From an uncultured Prevotella sp. (GTDB taxonomy: Bacteria; Bacteroidota; Bacteroidia; Bacteroidales; Bacteroidaceae), in the NCBI GenBank assembly GCA_944320305.1, contig CALUGW010000003.1, positions 45,372 through 109,371 of the forward strand: a stretch of DNA of 64,000 bases, written 5' to 3'. The translations under genes and the position numbers were made by a program. Below the pieces are notes generated by a model that saw only the letters and a program-made list of their open reading frames with translations, was not told where the DNA came from and did no database searches. This document shows, piece after piece, positions 29,817 through 40,000 of this stretch. Every line of letters begins with the position of its first letter. Position 1 is the stretch's first letter.

Positions 29817-30446
29817 TCACTTGCCGTCATCGTCTTTCGGGCGCGGCTCTTTCTTCGCGAGCATCACCACGGTGTAGACGAAGTTGGTGACCCAATGCTG
29901 GGAGAAGCCGAGGCGGCGCGAATACTCGCGCACGGCGACAACGGTCTTCATCACACCGGGTTCCTTGAAATTGTTCTTATTATAAATATTGTCAACCGTC
30001 TTCTCTGTCATTGTGTAAAGGGCCTTCTTGAAAATGCCCGGCAGGCGCAGCTTGAACTTCATCAGATTGCCCATGAGCATCATCAAATCCTGAGTGAATC
30101 CCTGAAACTGGATGAGGTAGACCTGCACGTCCTGCAGCTTGTGGCAGCGGCGGCGCACACTCTGGTCTATCTCCTTGAAAAAGTCATCCTCCAAAGAATA
30201 AATGTCCTTCAGCATCTTCTTGCAGCGCGACTTCTCGCCCACCCCAAGCCTGTTGTTTACCGTCGGGACATGAAGAGTGGTCTTGAACACGCGCAAGTCT
30301 GGAAGCATCGAGAGATTGGTGATACCAAGCTCTGAAGCGATAACAGCCTGAAAATAGACACGGATGAGGGTCATGAAGTCCTCCATGCCTCCTGTCTTCT
30401 CTGCCTCAGGCTCTTTGCGCCCAAATAGTTTTGATATTAAACTCAT
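29817..30446 (-). CDS. Conserved Bacteroidales hypothetical protein
   Basis: 209-aa ORF with host-like codon usage (MEDFMTLIRVYFQA…KLRLPGIFKK); upstream -7 box at 30546-30555. Confidence 0.7.
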   Translation of the reverse strand: MSLISKLFGRKEPEAEKTGGMEDFMTLIRVYFQAVIASELGITNLSMLPDLRVFKTTLHVPTVNNRLGVGEKSRCKKMLKDIYSLEDDFFKEIDQSVRRRCHKLQDVQVYLIQFQGFTQDLMMLMGNLMKFKLRLPGIFKKALYTMTEKTVDNIYNKNNFKEPGVMKTVVAVREYSRRLGFSQHWVTNFVYTVVMLAKKEPRPKDDDGK

Positions 30447-30545
30447 ACTTTTTAGTCTGTAGAATCACACGCGCACGGGGCTGCGAAAAAGCCGACAAAG
30501 CGCCGCAACACGTATTGACACCTGTGTCAAAATTTAATTATTGAG

Positions 30546-30629
30546 TGCAAAGTTACGTATTTTCTCTGAAAAAGTAACGAATTTCAACACAAAATCAGCT
30601 TTAATAAAAGAAAAAAACGTACCTTTGCA
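30546..30629. promoter_or_regulatory. Divergent promoter pair (rny-side operon / rfbA-wzc operon)
   Basis: Minus-strand TAACTTTGCA at 30546-30555 and plus-strand TACCTTTGCA at 30620-30629. Confidence 0.7.
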
Positions 30630-30661
30630 GAAAAATTCCTAGTAACATTTCACGAAGAAAC

Positions 30662-31528
30662 ATGAAAGGCATTGTGTTAGCCGGTGGCAGCGGCACAAGA
30701 CTTTACCCAATAACAAAGGGTGTGAGCAAGCAGCTGCTCCCCATTTTCGACAAGCCGATGATATACTATCCGATTTCGGCGCTGATGCTCGCGGGCATCA
30801 GGGACATACTGGTGATCAGCACGCCACATGACCTTCCGGGATTCAAGCGGCTGCTCGGAACAGGCGAAGAGCTTGGCGTGAGGTTCCAATACGCCGAGCA
30901 ACCGTCGCCCGACGGCCTCGCGCAGGCGTTCATCATCGGCGAGAGCTTCATCGGCAAAGACGCCGTGTGCCTTGTGCTGGGCGACAACATCTTCTATGGC
31001 AGCGGATTCACTGGAATGCTGAAAGAGAGCGTGGCAAACGCGGAAGACAAGGGGCTTGCCACGGTGTTCGGATATTATGTGAACGACCCGGAACGCTACG
31101 GAGTGGCCGAGTTCGACAAAAACGGCAACTGCCTGAGCATCGAGGAGAAGCCGGCGAAGCCAAAGTCAAACTACGCCGTGGTGGGTCTCTATTTTTATCC
31201 CAACAGTGTTGTGGACATCGCAAAGGGCATCAAGCCCAGCGCAAGGGGCGAGCTGGAGATAACGTCTGTGAACCAACGCTACCTGGAGCGGGGCGAGCTG
31301 AAAGTGCAGACCCTGCAGAGAGGTTTCGCGTGGCTTGACACAGGCACCCACGACAGCCTGAGCGAGGCGAGCACTTTCATTGAAGTGATCGAGAAGAGGC
31401 AGGGGCTCAAAGTGGCCTGTCTGGAAGAAATAGCGTTCAGCCAGGGCTGGATCACGCGGGAACAGCTGCACGAGCTGGCCAAGCCCATGATAAAGAACGC
31501 CTACGGACAGTATCTTATGAAACTGTAA
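30662..31528 (+). CDS. rfbA: Glucose-1-phosphate thymidylyltransferase
   Basis: [25 protein letters not shown] and [10 protein letters not shown] motifs. Confidence 0.97.
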   Translation: MKGIVLAGGSGTRLYPITKGVSKQLLPIFDKPMIYYPISALMLAGIRDILVISTPHDLPGFKRLLGTGEELGVRFQYAEQPSPDGLAQAFIIGESFIGKDAVCLVLGDNIFYGSGFTGMLKESVANAEDKGLATVFGYYVNDPERYGVAEFDKNGNCLSIEEKPAKPKSNYAVVGLYFYPNSVVDIAKGIKPSARGELEITSVNQRYLERGELKVQTLQRGFAWLDTGTHDSLSEASTFIEVIEKRQGLKVACLEEIAFSQGWITREQLHELAKPMIKNAYGQYLMKL

Positions 31529-31618
31529 TAGCCCCGGCAGCAAATCCCCACAAAGCAGAACAAAACAACCAACAATAAAGGCCACAAGGCTTGAAAACAG
31601 AAAAAACAAATCCCAAAG

Positions 31619-34138
31619 ATGAACAACAATATGGAAACGACAGGCAACATTGACCCCGTTGCGCAGAATGAACAAGAATCGTCTTTCGACATCAAGACGA
31701 TATTGACCATGGTCATCCTAAACTGGCAGTGGTTCGCATTGTCGGTGTTTGTTTTCCTATGCTTAGCCTTTGTCTACCTGCGCTATAAAAGCCCGGTGTA
31801 CGAGGTGTCGGCAAAAATACTTATCAAAGACGACAACAACAGCCCGCGCGGAGGGTCGCAGATGCTTGCCAACATGCAGGATTTGGGCTTCATATCGAAC
31901 AGCAACGGCATCGACAACGAGGTGGAAATCCTCTACAGCCACATCCTGGCGCGCGAGGCGGTGAAAGACCTGAAGCTCTACACGCAGTACAAGCTTGAGG
32001 GCAGAGTGAAAGACCAGCTGATATACAAGACGCAATATCTGAACGTTGACCTCGACTCGGCCGGACTGAAACGTATGGACGACATCAACAGGCTTGAGTG
32101 CATCCTCGGAATCAAAATGAGGATTGAGATTGAGGACAGCAGGTACAACGTGAAAGGAATTGTCTACACCGACGACGAGGAAGACGACGAGAAGCCTTTC
32201 GAGGCCTCGTTCAGCACTCTGCCCGCCAAGGTCAAGACCTACGCCGGCGAGCTGACATTCTCGCCGAACCTGCACGAGATTCCCGAGGAGTCGAAAGAAC
32301 GTGCGCTCATCGTGACCATCGCCCCGCCGACACTTGTAGCCTCGGGCTATATCAACTCCATGACGGTGGAGCCGACCTCAAAGATGACCACAATCGCGCT
32401 TGTGACAATCAACGACTACAACCGCCAGAGGGCCGAGGACTTCCTCAACCAGCTGATTGTGTGCTACAACAGACAGGGCAACGCCGACAAGAACGAGATT
32501 GCGCTCAAGACGGAGAAGTTCATCAACGAGCGTCTTGAAAAGATCAACGCCGAGCTGGGAACGACCGAGGGCGACCTCGAAAGCTACAAGAAGCAGCACA
32601 ACCTGACGGAGCTGAAGCTCGACGCCACAGAGACGCTCGCCCAGTCGAGCGAGTATTCCGCAAGACTCTCTGACGCAAAGTCGCAGATCGAGCTGCTCGA
32701 TTACCTGCGCGAATACATCGACGACCCGAAGAACCAATACGACATAATACCGTCGAACGTCGGTCTGCAGGACGTCTCGTCAACGGCACTTATCAATGAG
32801 TTCAACCAGACTGTGCTCGAGCGCAACAGGATGCTAAGCTCTGCGTCAGAGATCGCTCCGCAGGTGCTCACGCTCACGGGAACTCTCGACCAGCTGCAGA
32901 GCAGCCTGCGCACCGCCCTGACCCAGGCCCGCCGCAGCGCCGACATAAAGTACAACAACATCAAGAGCCAGTACGACCTCTACAAGAGCAAGATTGCAAG
33001 CACCCCCGAACAGGAGCGCATACTCACACAGATAGGACGCCAGCAGGAAGTCAAGTCGGGCCTCTACCTGATGCTGCTGCAGAAGCGTGAGGAGAACTCC
33101 ATATCGCTGGCCGCCACCGTTGACAAGGGACAGATGATAGACGACCCGATCTACGGAGGCAAGGTGAGCCCCAAGGGAAGCATCATCTTGCTCATCGCTC
33201 TCGTGCTCGGCGCCGGCCTGCCGCTGCTTGTGCTCTACGTCATGCAGCTGCTCCGCTACAAGATTGAGGGGCATGAGGATGTGGCCAAACTTACCAAGCT
33301 GCCGATTGTCGCCGACGTGGCGCTGGCGAGCGACAGCGTGAAGAGCGCCGCCGGAATTGTGGTGCATGAGAACCAGAACGACCAGATTGACGAGATTTAC
33401 CGCTCACTGCGCACGAACATACAGTTCATGCTGAGGGACGGGCAGAAAGTGATAATGTTCACATCGTCAACCTCCGGCGAGGGCAAGACGTTCAACGCGG
33501 CCAACCTCGCTGTCAGTTTCGCACTCCTCGGCAAGCGCGTCATTCTGATGGGTCTCGACATCCGCAAGCCGGCCCTGGGCAAGCTCTTCGGCCTGCACGA
33601 CCGCAACCGCGGCGTGACCCCGCTTCTCACCAAGACCACACTGAGCATGGATGAGATAAAGAGCCAGATTCAGCCGTCGGGCGTCAACGCCAACCTCGAC
33701 CTCATGCTGGCAGGCCCCACACCTCCCAACCCCACCGAGCTGCTGGCACGCGAAAACCTCGGCATCATCATCAGCAGCCTGAAAGAGGAGTATGACTACA
33801 TCATCCTCGACACCGCCCCAATCGGACTGGTGACAGACACACTGCAAATCGGCAAGCTGACCGACGTGACAGTAATCATCTGCCGCGCAGACTACACCGC
33901 CAAAGTCAGCTTTGACAACATCAACGCCCTTGCCGCAGAGAAGAAGCTGCCCAATATGTGCGTTGTGCTCAACGGTGTCGATATGTCGAAGAAGAAGTAC
34001 GGCTACTATTACGGCTACGGCAAATACGGCAAGTATGGGCACTATGGCCGCTACGGACATTACGGCCACTACGGCAATTACGGAGACTATGCAAACAGCC
34101 ATTACGGCAACAAATCTGACAATTCGATAAAGAAATGA
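31619..34138 (+). CDS. wzc: Wzc-type polysaccharide co-polymerase / BY tyrosine kinase
   Basis: Two TM segments, Walker A SSTSGEGKT, Walker A' DIRKP, Walker B IILDTAP, C-terminal Tyr cluster. Confidence 0.93.
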   Translation: MNNNMETTGNIDPVAQNEQESSFDIKTILTMVILNWQWFALSVFVFLCLAFVYLRYKSPVYEVSAKILIKDDNNSPRGGSQMLANMQDLGFISNSNGIDNEVEILYSHILAREAVKDLKLYTQYKLEGRVKDQLIYKTQYLNVDLDSAGLKRMDDINRLECILGIKMRIEIEDSRYNVKGIVYTDDEEDDEKPFEASFSTLPAKVKTYAGELTFSPNLHEIPEESKERALIVTIAPPTLVASGYINSMTVEPTSKMTTIALVTINDYNRQRAEDFLNQLIVCYNRQGNADKNEIALKTEKFINERLEKINAELGTTEGDLESYKKQHNLTELKLDATETLAQSSEYSARLSDAKSQIELLDYLREYIDDPKNQYDIIPSNVGLQDVSSTALINEFNQTVLERNRMLSSASEIAPQVLTLTGTLDQLQSSLRTALTQARRSADIKYNNIKSQYDLYKSKIASTPEQERILTQIGRQQEVKSGLYLMLLQKREENSISLAATVDKGQMIDDPIYGGKVSPKGSIILLIALVLGAGLPLLVLYVMQLLRYKIEGHEDVAKLTKLPIVADVALASDSVKSAAGIVVHENQNDQIDEIYRSLRTNIQFMLRDGQKVIMFTSSTSGEGKTFNAANLAVSFALLGKRVILMGLDIRKPALGKLFGLHDRNRGVTPLLTKTTLSMDEIKSQIQPSGVNANLDLMLAGPTPPNPTELLARENLGIIISSLKEEYDYIILDTAPIGLVTDTLQIGKLTDVTVIICRADYTAKVSFDNINALAAEKKLPNMCVVLNGVDMSKKKYGYYYGYGKYGKYGHYGRYGHYGHYGNYGDYANSHYGNKSDNSIKK

Positions 34139-34581
34139 CAATAGCTATTGACTTCGACGGAACAATCGTCGAGCACAGATACCCCGAGATTGGGCCGGAA
34201 AGACCGTTCGCCATCGACACGCTCAAGATGCTCATCAACGACCGCCACAGGCTGATTCTGTGGAGCGTCCGCGAGGGCAAGCTGCTCGACGAGGCCGTGG
34301 AGTGGTGCCGCGAGCGCGGCGTGGAGTTCTGGGCCGTGAACCGCGATTATCCAGAAGAAACCCTCCAGAACAACCAGCACTTCAGCCGAAAGCTCAAGGT
34401 GGATATGTTCATCGACGACCGCAACATAGGCGGACTGCCAGACTGGGGCACCATCTACCGCATGATCACCCAGCGCCAGTCATGGGAAGACGTGATCAGC
34501 GAGGCAGAGGCAAACGCCGCAGGCACAGGCCAGAATCACGGCGGAAGCAGCCAGAAGAAAAAGAAATGGTGGCAATTCTGA
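34135..34581 (+). CDS. HAD-type phosphatase (BT0820-like)
   Basis: IAIDFDGTIV motif I, LWSVRE and FIDDRN motifs; ATGA overlap with wzc. Confidence 0.85.
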   Translation: MTIAIDFDGTIVEHRYPEIGPERPFAIDTLKMLINDRHRLILWSVREGKLLDEAVEWCRERGVEFWAVNRDYPEETLQNNQHFSRKLKVDMFIDDRNIGGLPDWGTIYRMITQRQSWEDVISEAEANAAGTGQNHGGSSQKKKKWWQF

Positions 34582-34684
34582 ACACCACAAGACACAGCAA
34601 TCACACAAAACGCCGCGGCCGGATGTTTTTCCGCCACGGCGCTTCTGCTTTTTTGAAATCCGCAAGTTTGCGGACTCTACACTT

Positions 34685-34726
34685 GAATATCCGCAATTTG
34701 CCAAGTTGTGTGCTCCATAACGGGCG
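34685..34726. repeat. Dispersed repeat family C, single arm
   Basis: GAATATCCGCAATTTGCCAAGTTGTGTGCTCCATAACGGGCG matches the arms of 24688-24840. Confidence 0.75.
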
Positions 34727-34769
34727 TTCGCGCGTACCGCTCTCCATGTCATCCCCTGCCGATGCCCAC

Positions 34770-35342
34770 TTACGCAATGCTGTCGAGAGGCTTCAGGCCG
34801 CCTGGCCTCAGCTCCTTGAACTGCGTTGGGGTCATGCCTGTCACGGCCTTGAACTGGGTGCTCAGGTAGGCCGTGCTCGAATAGTCCAGCTCGCGGGCTA
34901 TGTCTCCGAGAGTCTTCTCACCGTAAAAAAGCAGCTCCTTCACACGCTCGACACGTTGCAGAATAAAGTAACGCTCGATGGTCATTCCCGTCGACTCGGA
35001 GAAGAGTTTGCTCAAGGCACTGTAATCAGAACCGATACGGGCAGCCAGAAAAGCCGAAAGATTTACCGAAGCGTGAGTGCCTCGATAGCGGACAAACTCA
35101 ATGACGGCGGTCTTGATGCGGTCTACAGCCTGCTGACGGCGGTCGTGGAGCAGAGAGAAGCCCAGCCCCGACAGAGCGTCAGAAAGGCCGGCACGCTGCG
35201 CGGCGGTCAAATCTCCGGCCACCGTGACAACCCCAAGCTCGACAGACAGAGGCTTAAGCCCCATGCCGCGCAAAACAGACTCGACAGCCATCTTGCAGCG
35301 GTCGCACACCATGTTCTTGATATACAATGTGGTATTTGCCAT
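34770..35342 (-). CDS. AraC-family regulator with N-terminal HMA-like metal-binding domain
   Basis: IKNMVCDRC N-terminus; C-terminal AraC HTH (LDYSSTAYLSTQFKAVTGMTPTQFK). Confidence 0.88.
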   Translation of the reverse strand: MANTTLYIKNMVCDRCKMAVESVLRGMGLKPLSVELGVVTVAGDLTAAQRAGLSDALSGLGFSLLHDRRQQAVDRIKTAVIEFVRYRGTHASVNLSAFLAARIGSDYSALSKLFSESTGMTIERYFILQRVERVKELLFYGEKTLGDIARELDYSSTAYLSTQFKAVTGMTPTQFKELRPGGLKPLDSIA

Positions 35343-35542
35343 AGTCGTAATACGGTTTGACTGGTGCAAATGTATGCTTTTTATGCAAGACCGCCAAACC
35401 ACACCGCACAAAAAGCCACTGCCGCACCGCAGAATGCGGCCGCAAGCCGGGCCAGGACGGCAAAAAAACGCTGCAGGAGCATGGCTTTTCAGGAATAAAT
35501 AAGTAAATTTGCCCTGATTATCAAACATACAAACAAAAAGAA

Positions 35543-36421
35543 ATGAACTTTTTCAAGGCACTATTCGGCGGCGAAGAGGAGACTGCCGAGCAGAAACAAC
35601 AAGCCGACACGGCACGCAAATTCGATATGTTCAAGTATGACGGAGTGCGCGCGGCCAAGATCGGACAACACGATTACGCCGTGAAATGCTACGAAGAGGC
35701 GCTCAAGCTGCGCGACGATCTGGAGGTGCGCGACTATCTGGCACAGGCTCTGATACGCACCGGACGCACCGCCGAGGCCTTCGCCCAGCTGCAGACTCTG
35801 GCCGAGGCCGAGCCAGAGAACAAGGCGATACTGCTGCAGATGGCCCACGTGGCCTACATGAACGAGGACTATGACGCCATGGACGACGCCTGCAACCGCG
35901 CCATACAAATAGACGGCGGCGACGCCGCCGCGCATTACCTCAAGGCTCAGGCCAACATCGGGCACGGCGACATGATCGGAGCCATAGCCATGCTGACAAA
36001 GGCCATAGCGCTGAAGGCCGACTATGCGGAAGCCACGCTGCTGCGCGGGCAGACGCTGCTGAGGATGGGAGACGCCGCCGGCGCCGAGACCGACGCCGAC
36101 ACACTGGCGGCCGAATACGGAGGCAACGAAGACGTGCTGCTGCTGAAAGCCCGCGTTGAAAAGGCCAAAGGCAACGCAGACGCGGCCATTGAATACTACG
36201 GAAAGGTGATTGAGGCAAATCCGTTCTGCATCGACGCATTCAAGGAGAGGGGCGCTATAAAATATGAGAAAGGCGATATGGCCGGCGCACAGGAAGACGC
36301 GCAAAAGGCCCTGGAACTAACGCCTCAGGGGATGGAGTCTGTAAACGGTGAGTATTCAGCCGAAGGCGTGGAGCAGAAGACAAGACAGGCTTACAGCAAT
36401 CTGAACCCGCTGGGCCTGTAA
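35543..36421 (+). CDS. Tetratricopeptide repeat protein
   Basis: Multiple TPR-like helical repeats. Confidence 0.85.
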   Translation: MNFFKALFGGEEETAEQKQQADTARKFDMFKYDGVRAAKIGQHDYAVKCYEEALKLRDDLEVRDYLAQALIRTGRTAEAFAQLQTLAEAEPENKAILLQMAHVAYMNEDYDAMDDACNRAIQIDGGDAAAHYLKAQANIGHGDMIGAIAMLTKAIALKADYAEATLLRGQTLLRMGDAAGAETDADTLAAEYGGNEDVLLLKARVEKAKGNADAAIEYYGKVIEANPFCIDAFKERGAIKYEKGDMAGAQEDAQKALELTPQGMESVNGEYSAEGVEQKTRQAYSNLNPLGL

Positions 36422-36609
36422 ATCCATCAACAAACTCTGAGCCGCCAGAAAAGCCGGTTGCGCCTTAGCGGCCGTTTCACCAAAACAGACGAGACGCAAT
36501 GCCTTAGCTGACGGGCAAACGGTGCGGGAGAAATTTATGCCTTTGACAGAGTGCGCCAACTTCGCAAAAAGGACAACCAAAGGCACAGAACGGCATGAAA
36601 CACGGTGCA

Positions 36610-36700
36610 AGACAAGGCATATCGCATTCTAAAACGGCCTGTTCCGCACCGCAAAATGGCCTGTTTCGCACTGCGAAACAGGCCATTTCAGTTTGAAACC
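36610..36700. repeat. Dispersed repeat family A core
   Basis: Palindrome AAATGGCCTGTTTCGCA-C-TGCGAAACAGGCCATTT at 36654-36688, flanked by further 11-bp units. Confidence 0.75.
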
Positions 36701-36880
36701 ATATGTCATCTTATAGTTGTGAATCAACAGAAAAGCAACGTCTCGACGCCAAGACTGCAATCAAAAGACGCCCGCCTGCTTACGGTTTTTTCGTGCGCCG
36801 CCGCAATGGGTGAAATCGGAACGAATCACGGTCATGTTCCGATTTCGGACATTTTTTTCAGGAGATAAGAAGACTTTTCA

Positions 36881-36994
36881 GGAGTTAAGGAGTTAAAGAA
36901 GTTAAGGAGTTAAGACGTATGCCCGGTGGAAGTGAACTCCCCATCCACGAAAGCTATCGTCTTAACTCCTTAACTTCTTTAACTCCTTAACTCC
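36881..36994. repeat. Repeat family B: REPIN-like hairpin, copy 1
   Basis: Perfect 37-bp arms (36881-36917 / 36958-36994) built of GGAGTTAA units around a 40-bp spacer. Confidence 0.9.
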
Positions 36995-37015
36995 TTCTCT
37001 TAACTCCTTGCCGCA

Positions 37016-40000
37016 TCATTTCACCACAACTTTCCTGCCGTCGATGATGTAAATGCCCTTGGCAAGACCGTCGAGCGGCTGCCCCGCCTGGCGCACCATC
37101 ACACCGCTAAGGGTGTAGACAGCGCCATTGCGGGCGCCACAATCAGAGTCGGCAGAGCTGATTCCGGTAGGGATCACATCCGGATCGCCAACCTCAATGA
37201 CATAAATGTGGCAACCTGCGGTCGTCGTGACAAGCACGTCAACCAGCCCCGCACCGGCATTAAGCGGCACAGTCCACTCGAACCCGGTTTTGGCATCGGG
37301 CACGCCGCTGCCAAATTCCTGACCGTTTACAGAGAGCTTCACGCCACGCTCACTGCCGTTTCTGTGTGACTCCACCTCCATCCTTATCTTCTGTCCGGGC
37401 TGCACGTCAGGTATTGTGAACTGCAAACCGGACCCGTTGAGCCACAGATAAGAGCCTCCGGCATAAGTGCCGATGGAGGTGCTGGGATAGTCGATTGCCA
37501 CTGCCACAGTGTTGTTCAAGGCGGTCACATTGTTGAAAAGCAGCCCCTTGGTCTCGGCAATGGTATCGCCGTTGGCCATAAGTGCGGCAGGCTCTTTTAT
37601 CATGCTGCCGAACCAATACACCTTGTAGGGGTCGCGCAGAGGCTCTGAGTCGGTGGCCCCGCCGTCTTTTTCATAGCGGCGCCAGCCTGTCTCTGTGCCT
37701 TCCGCCGGCCACGGCGCGGCAACATAGCGGCTTGCATCGGCCTCAAGATCTGCCTGGGTGGCCTCGCTCCACACTGTGAAATCCCACCTGCGATACTCCT
37801 GCGCTACAGGATCCTGCTCCTCGTCCTGACCGTCATCGGGGTTGGCCTCGCCTCCTACGACTCTCAGTATGCCGTTGGTGTAAAGCTCTGAGGTGTCCCA
37901 GGTCTGCCCCTCACCGGGAGCGGCGGGCTGTATCTCGGCGAAAGTGCCGCTGACATTCAACGCCGCTGAAGTGAACACATGATACTCTGTCTTGTCATAC
38001 GGAGCCTTTTCCATGTTGCCACCGTTGACTTGCAGAATGGCGCCCTCAGCCAGAGTGACCGTTCCGCCGGTGTAGATGGTGTTGCTCCCGACGCGGTCCG
38101 CCCGCACATTCACAATGGCGCCGCTCTCGACATTGAGCGCCCTTGACAGCGTAAGTCCAAGATAACTGTCCACAATGGTGTCGCCGCCCTGGATGACACC
38201 GCCGCTCTTCAACGTCACATCGCCGCCCACGGTGCCCTGCCCGGCAAGCACGGCGCCCTCGTTGACGGTGTATGCGCCTGTGCCGGAGTTCACGCCGTTG
38301 ACAACAAGCGTGCCATAGTCAACCGTTGTTGTTCCGTTGTAAACGTTATTTCCGGTCAGACGCCATACGCCTGAGCCCTCCTTTACTATCGAGGTGTGAG
38401 CGTCGCGGCGGTCGCAGTCTGTCTTGTTGTCAATCACGCCGTTGAAAGTCTCGTCCGTATTGGCTCCACCGACAATCCATGTCATCTTTGCGCCGGTGTC
38501 CTGCTTGCTTGACGAGCCGACCTTTGTGCCCGCCTCGCCGCTGAGTCCGCCAATGCGCATGGCGCATTCTGTCTGCCACGACACCATGCGGGTGTTGCCC
38601 TTGAGCACAACACGGCCGTTGGGAATGCCCTGGAAGCCATTGTTGAAGAGCAGCTGGCTGCCGTCCTTGTCAGAGCCATTGCCCTGGGCGACAAGCGTTC
38701 CGTAGAATTTTGTCCAGTCGCCCTCAATATACTCGCGCACGTAGGGTATGCGGTATTCAAGCGTTCCGCTGCCGGTCAGCTCATTCTTCAGATAAGCGTT
38801 GCGGTTGATGGCGAACGTTGAGTAAGTTCCCTCCCGCACCTCAATGGGGAAGCAATAGGCAAGCTCAAGCGAGTTGCCGTTCTCCACGCTGAAGTTGCCG
38901 CCGGCCATAACGAGCCTCTTGCTGCCGTCCTGAGCCTGGTCAAGGTAAACATTCTTGTCCGTGAGCTGCTTTACGTAAGTGAGGTTGAGCGTGCCGCCGT
39001 CTTTCAGGATTGTGTTTCCGGCATACTTGAAGAATGACGGCGCGGCCGGCTCAAGCGTTCCTTTGCCGCTGACGGTGACGCTGCCGTCGCCCTCGATGCT
39101 TCCAGACATCTCCACAGTGGAGGCTTTTTCGATGCAGAACTCAGTGTCTTTATACAGCATTGCGCTGCGGTTGGTGCTTGTTGACGGGCCTGTATAGTTC
39201 CACGTGCCGCCGTCCCACACCCAGTTCTGGGCGAATTCGAAAGACGCTCCGATTGCGCTGGGCTCGCCGCCGTTCTTCAGCGAGCTGAACGAGAACACTC
39301 CGTCGTGGAGCACGGTCTGCCCGGTGTAACTGTTGGCGGTCTCGACGGTGAGCCTGCCTGAGCGCGTCTTGTTGAGCGAGCCGGCGCCAGAGAGCGAGCC
39401 GGCGCCAGCGATGAGCACGTCAGCCTCGCTCCGGACCACAACCGCCTCCTTGCTTATAGCCTCCGTGAGCGTGATGGTAGAGTCGGCGGCGGGCGCTATG
39501 AGCCAATTGTTCTCATCGCCTACAAACGTCTCGCAGTCAACCATCTCGACAGGCTCTGGCTTTGTCTTTACCGTCAGCTCGGCCGCGCCGGAGGCGATGT
39601 CGCCCTTCTTCGCACGCAGACGCAGCGTGTACGACGTGGCGGGAGTGAGCTTGCCGATGGTCACGGTCTCTGTTTCCGGGTCTATTTCCCATGTGTCCAC
39701 CCATTCGTCGCCTACTTTCTGACTCAGCACAAAGCCGTCTTCGCCTTCGGTGAAGTCAAACCAACTGAGCGTGACCGATGTGGGGGTGGACTCCACGAGG
39801 GCGAAATTGACCGGCGTGCGCAGGAACCTCGGGCGGTTGTCCTGCGTGAGACTGTTCACATAGTTCTCGATGTTGGCATAGCCGTTGGCGGCGATTTTCA
39901 TCGCGTCGTCGGTATTGGGATCGGTGCCGTTGGCCTGTTCCCAAGCATCGGGCATACCGTCACCGTCGGTATCGGCAGGCTTGTCGAAGTCTGCCGTCTC

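Noticed and set aside
30447-30661. Invertible capsule promoter upstream of rfbA-wzc
   Set aside because: No inverted repeats bracket the promoter, and there is no recombinase or UpxY/UpxZ gene. It is a simple divergent promoter pair.
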